This document shows positions 29,007 to 32,000 of a stretch of 32,000 nt of DNA, one piece after another. Under the pieces are notes generated by a model. The model saw only the letters and a program-made list of their open reading frames with translations, was not told the DNA's origin and searched no databases. This DNA is from Prochlorococcus sp. MIT 0801. Lineage in GTDB: Bacteria; Cyanobacteriota; Cyanobacteriia; PCC-6307; Cyanobiaceae. The translations under genes were made by a program, and so were the position numbers. The stretch covers positions 210,001 through 242,000 of the forward strand of contig NZ_CP007754.1 of the NCBI RefSeq assembly GCF_000757865.1. The letters are read 5' to 3'. Every line of letters starts with the position of its first letter. Position 1 is the first letter of the stretch.

Positions 29007-29263
29007 AAAAATATCTTTTTCTATTTTTAAATTTCATCTACTTATCTTTATCTTAAAAATTAAAAAAAAAATAGAAATTTTTAATATTTTTTCTTTGTGA
29101 TATGTGCACTATATGCTTTAATTAAATTACTTTCGATTGTTTCGATCTAGTGGACATTGTTCATAGTGTTAATATTATGGTGGCGCTATTAATTGGAGGG
29201 GTTTGCTATTACTTATATTATATTTTTACAATCGACAACCACTAGTATATAAAAATTGCTTTA

Positions 29264-30658
29264 TTACTTGCCAATACAGAATTTTGAAAATATGTTATCA
29301 AGTAAGCTTTCTGTTAAGTCTTCTCCTGTTAGTTCGCCTAAATAATTAATCGCTTGTCTTAAATCGATTGTCCAGAAATCCCATGGAAGCTTTTCATCAA
29401 AAACTTTATTAATGTTTTCCAGAGATTTCATTGTGGATTTTGCTAGATCAAGTTGTCTGTCATTTAGAGCAATAAGCAATCCATGGGTTTGAGATGCACC
29501 AGATGTTTTTAGTAGGTCATTAATTAGGGTATCTTCTCCAATACCGGTTTTTGCACTCATAATCACTAGATTTTCTTTTTCTAATATATGTTTTGGAACT
29601 CTTTCAAAATTTTGATTATTCTTTAAGTCAGATTTATTTCCAACAATCAAGCATGGAATATTGATAGGTAATTGTTTTAGTATCGATTCATCATCGCTAG
29701 TCCAACCTTTTGAATAATCAAAGATTAATATGATGAGATCAGCTTGAATTAAAGTTTTTTTAGTTCTTGAAATACCAATTTTTTCTATAATATTTTTAGT
29801 CTCTCTTAGACCTGCTGTATCAATCAAAGTTACTGGTATTCCCTCTAAGATAATCTCACTTTCCAATAGATCTCTAGTAGTTCCAGGTAGGTCAGTTACA
29901 ATAGCTTTTTCTTGTTTACAAAGCCTGTTAAGTAAGGAGCTTTTTCCTACATTAGGCTTTCCAGTTAGTGCAACTGTTAAGCCAGAATGAACCCAAGATC
30001 CTCTTTTAGCATTATCAATTAGTTCGTTAAGATCTTTTTTGATTGCGATAATCTCATTCTTTACATGTTTTTCATCTAAAATTGGAAGATCTTCTTCAAA
30101 GTCTATTCTTGCTTCAATTTCTGTTAGTTGCTCAATCAATCGTTTCCTGATGAATTGAATCGTAGTTTGAATATTTCCTTCAATTCCATTAATCGCTAGT
30201 TCTGCTGCTTTTCGACTCCTTGCTGACACCAACTCACTAATTGCTTCAGCTTGAGTAAGACTAAGACGTCCATTAAGCACTGCTCGTTGACTAAACTCAC
30301 CTGGTTCTGCTCTTCGAACTTTTGGGATGGTAAGTATTCTTTCTAGGATCTTCTGGACTGCAATGATTCCACCATGGCATTGAATTTCTACGACATCTTC
30401 ACCTGTGAAGCTTCGCGGTCCTTTCATTATTAAAATTAATACTTCATCTATATATATTGTTTGATTTGCTTCGGTTACATGTCCATAAAGCACTTTGTGA
30501 CTGCTCCAATCGTGCTTTCCAGGAATATGAACAATCGTTTTAGTTATCTCGATAGCTGATGCGCCAGAGATCCTAATGACAGCTATACTTCCTTGACCGG
30601 GAGAAACGGCAGTTGCAATTGCAGCAATAGTATCTTCAGTAGGGGAAAACGAATTCAT
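29264..30658 (-). CDS. mnmE: tRNA modification GTPase MnmE/TrmE
   Basis: G1 motif GKPNVGKSSLLN, DTAGLRET, the NKSD G4 motif, and the invariant C-terminal CIGK tetrapeptide. Confidence 0.93.
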   Translation of the reverse strand: MNSFSPTEDTIAAIATAVSPGQGSIAVIRISGASAIEITKTIVHIPGKHDWSSHKVLYGHVTEANQTIYIDEVLILIMKGPRSFTGEDVVEIQCHGGIIAVQKILERILTIPKVRRAEPGEFSQRAVLNGRLSLTQAEAISELVSARSRKAAELAINGIEGNIQTTIQFIRKRLIEQLTEIEARIDFEEDLPILDEKHVKNEIIAIKKDLNELIDNAKRGSWVHSGLTVALTGKPNVGKSSLLNRLCKQEKAIVTDLPGTTRDLLESEIILEGIPVTLIDTAGLRETKNIIEKIGISRTKKTLIQADLIILIFDYSKGWTSDDESILKQLPINIPCLIVGNKSDLKNNQNFERVPKHILEKENLVIMSAKTGIGEDTLINDLLKTSGASQTHGLLIALNDRQLDLAKSTMKSLENINKVFDEKLPWDFWTIDLRQAINYLGELTGEDLTESLLDNIFSKFCIGK

Positions 30659-30728
30659 TAATCAATAATCACGCAATCTTCACTAAGATCAAATTTAGTT
30701 TTCTTTTTTGGACCAAGATTTTTTAAAA

Positions 30729-31184
30729 ATGAAAAAAATCTTTCTAAATCTAATACAAAGAATTCGTAAATTTATCTCTTGGCTCTGGAATCAGGAAGGT
30801 TCTCCCTCTCAGAGAGCATTAGGGTTGGGCGTAGGGATATTTAGTGGTTGTTTCCCATTCTTTGGTTTGCAAACCTTGATGGGTGTGTTTTTAGCAAAAA
30901 TTTTCAAGGGAAATAGTATTTTGGCTGCTGTTGGGACCTGGATTAGCAACCCATTGACTTATGTTCCTCTTTATTTTTTCAATTATAGACTAGGCTCTTT
31001 AATACTAAATAAAAATAAAAATATAGTAGATTTTAGCCATATAACTACAAATGAGTTGTGGTCTCAAGGTTGGTACTTGAGTTCTCGGCTGATAATGGGC
31101 TCGATATGTATGGGCCTTTTTACTGGAATCGTTGGAGGACTTGGTCTATATTTCTTGCTCAAAAAACTTTCTCATAAAATGTAA
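30729..31184 (+). CDS. Small polytopic membrane protein, DUF2062-like, unknown function
   Basis: About 150 aa with three or four hydrophobic segments (LGLGVGIFSGCFPFFGLQTLMGVFLA; ...NPLTYVPLYFFNY; MGLFTGIVGGLGLYFLL). ATG 30729 is preferred to TTG 30708. The family assignment is from memory. Confidence 0.6.
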   Translation: MKKIFLNLIQRIRKFISWLWNQEGSPSQRALGLGVGIFSGCFPFFGLQTLMGVFLAKIFKGNSILAAVGTWISNPLTYVPLYFFNYRLGSLILNKNKNIVDFSHITTNELWSQGWYLSSRLIMGSICMGLFTGIVGGLGLYFLLKKLSHKM

Positions 31185-31241
31185 ATTTTAATATATTAGA
31201 TATCACTTTATTAAAGTCTTTGATTTAAAAAGTTAATTAAA

Positions 31242-32000
31242 TCATGTTCGAGCAATATCTAAAACATCAACCATTGAACGAATTTGATTAATAGTGATTT
31301 CTAATTGATTAACACTTTCCAGCTCAACTTTCAGGTCTATGCATGCAGGCTTTCCATGTGAAGTTTGAACTCTTGCATCGATTACATTAATACCTCTATC
31401 AGAAAGTCTCATTAATATGTCTTTAAGTACACCTACTCGGTCAATAACTTCAATCCTTAATTGAATAGGAAACTTTTCTTCTTTGATACGTGCATTTGCA
31501 TTCCACTGGACTGATAGTCTTCTGCTATTAGGTATTGATTCTAGATTGACACAATTAGTTCGATGTATGGTGATACCGTGATTGCCAAGCGCAATTGTTC
31601 CAAGTATTGCTTCTCCTGGTAGAGGACTACAACACCCCCCTAGTCGATAGTCAAGTCCCTCTAGTCCAACTATGGGTGAACATTTTGTTTGAGATAATTT
31701 AGATTTATTTGAAGCTAAATTTGCTTGTGCTCCAATTTGGTTTGCTAGCTCGATATCACTTAATTCGGTCTCAGGTACTTGGTTTAGTATTTTTATTTCT
31801 TCTCTGAATCTATTCATTACTTGATGTAAGGTTAAGGCCCCAAACCCAAGTGCAGCTAATAAATCATCCGCAGACTTTAGATTACATCTTTCCGCAACTT
31901 TTGTTATCGCATTGCCTTTAAGTAAATTATCAATTCCTTTACGACCAAATTCTTGTTCTAATAATTCCTTCCCTCTTGATATTGTTTCTTGACGATGACT
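31242..32000 (-). CDS. spoT: Bifunctional (p)ppGpp synthetase/hydrolase (RelA/SpoT homolog), C-terminal part; 5' end lies beyond the right window edge
   Basis: The track ORF 31242-31817 starts at an internal Met. Hand translation upstream stays open to position 32000 (SHRQETISRGKELLEQEFGRKGIDNLLKGNAITKVAERCNLKSADDLLAALGFGALTLHQVMNRFREE). It has the CCxPxPGE zinc-finger-like block (GGCCSPLPGEAILG) and a C-terminal ACT domain (IRIEVIDRVGVLKDILMRLSDRGINV). Confidence 0.88.
   Translation of the reverse strand, partial: SHRQETISRGKELLEQEFGRKGIDNLLKGNAITKVAERCNLKSADDLLAALGFGALTLHQVMNRFREEIKILNQVPETELSDIELANQIGAQANLASNKSKLSQTKCSPIVGLEGLDYRLGGCCSPLPGEAILGTIALGNHGITIHRTNCVNLESIPNSRRLSVQWNANARIKEEKFPIQLRIEVIDRVGVLKDILMRLSDRGINVIDARVQTSHGKPACIDLKVELESVNQLEITINQIRSMVDVLDIART

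Noticed and set aside
29053-29084. Inverted repeat TTAAAAATT ... AATTTTTAA around an A10 run in the nadC-mnmE spacer
   Set aside because: The arms are purely A/T and would form a negligible-stability stem. Such pseudo-palindromes arise by chance in A/T homopolymer-rich DNA. It is not a credible terminator or operator on this evidence.
29146-29245. 7-nt inverted repeat CTAGTGG / CCACTAG flanking the small hydrophobic ORF
   Set aside because: A single 7-nt inverted match about 86 nt apart is expected by chance within a 300-nt region. There is no extended complementarity and no target-site-duplication-like structure.
1-32000. Mobile elements, CRISPR arrays, defence islands, or a horizontally acquired cassette
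   Set aside because: No transposase, integrase, recombinase or phage-like ORFs. No direct-repeat/spacer periodicity and no flanking tRNA or long repeats. Every ORF over 100 aa outside shadow frames has a housekeeping or conserved-hypothetical identity. The only compositional outliers are the 528-aa gene and the 28960-29263 spacer, both reported as findings.

Overview
AT-rich (about one-third G+C by eye), very gene-dense segment. The gene content (NDH-1 subunits ndhA/I/G/E and ndhH, chlM, a phylloquinone men cluster, a Ycf29-like response regulator) and the extreme compaction point to a streamlined marine picocyanobacterium, most likely Prochlorococcus. That attribution is inference; no search was run. 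I resolve 36 protein-coding genes, two of them truncated by the window edges (nadK at the left, spoT at the right). Almost all are recognisable housekeeping functions: respiration and photosynthesis, Trp/His/purine/NAD/sulfur metabolism, glutathione, translation and RNA modification. Genes are packed with 4-nt ATGA start/stop overlaps, and some convergent genes abut or overlap at their 3' ends. I saw no rRNA, tRNA, CRISPR array, transposase or integrase, phage gene, toxin-antitoxin or defence-type gene, and no long repeats. I do not find a convincing novel multi-gene system; this reads as ordinary core genome. The items worth a second look are modest. (1) prfB is split by a canonical +1 programmed frameshift that the ORF track hides. 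(2) A 304-nt AT-rich spacer between nadC and mnmE is unusually long for this window and holds an unlisted 22-codon hydrophobic ORF. (3) A 528-aa membrane-anchored, N/K-rich protein has no known function. (4) A 63-aa membrane protein sits inside a prfB-ybeY-dgkA-trpG string. (5) A partial phylloquinone cluster is joined to ndhH. (6) Several gene junctions leave no room for conventional promoters or terminators. Many starts are non-ATG (TTG/GTG), so 5' ends are less certain than the gene identities.
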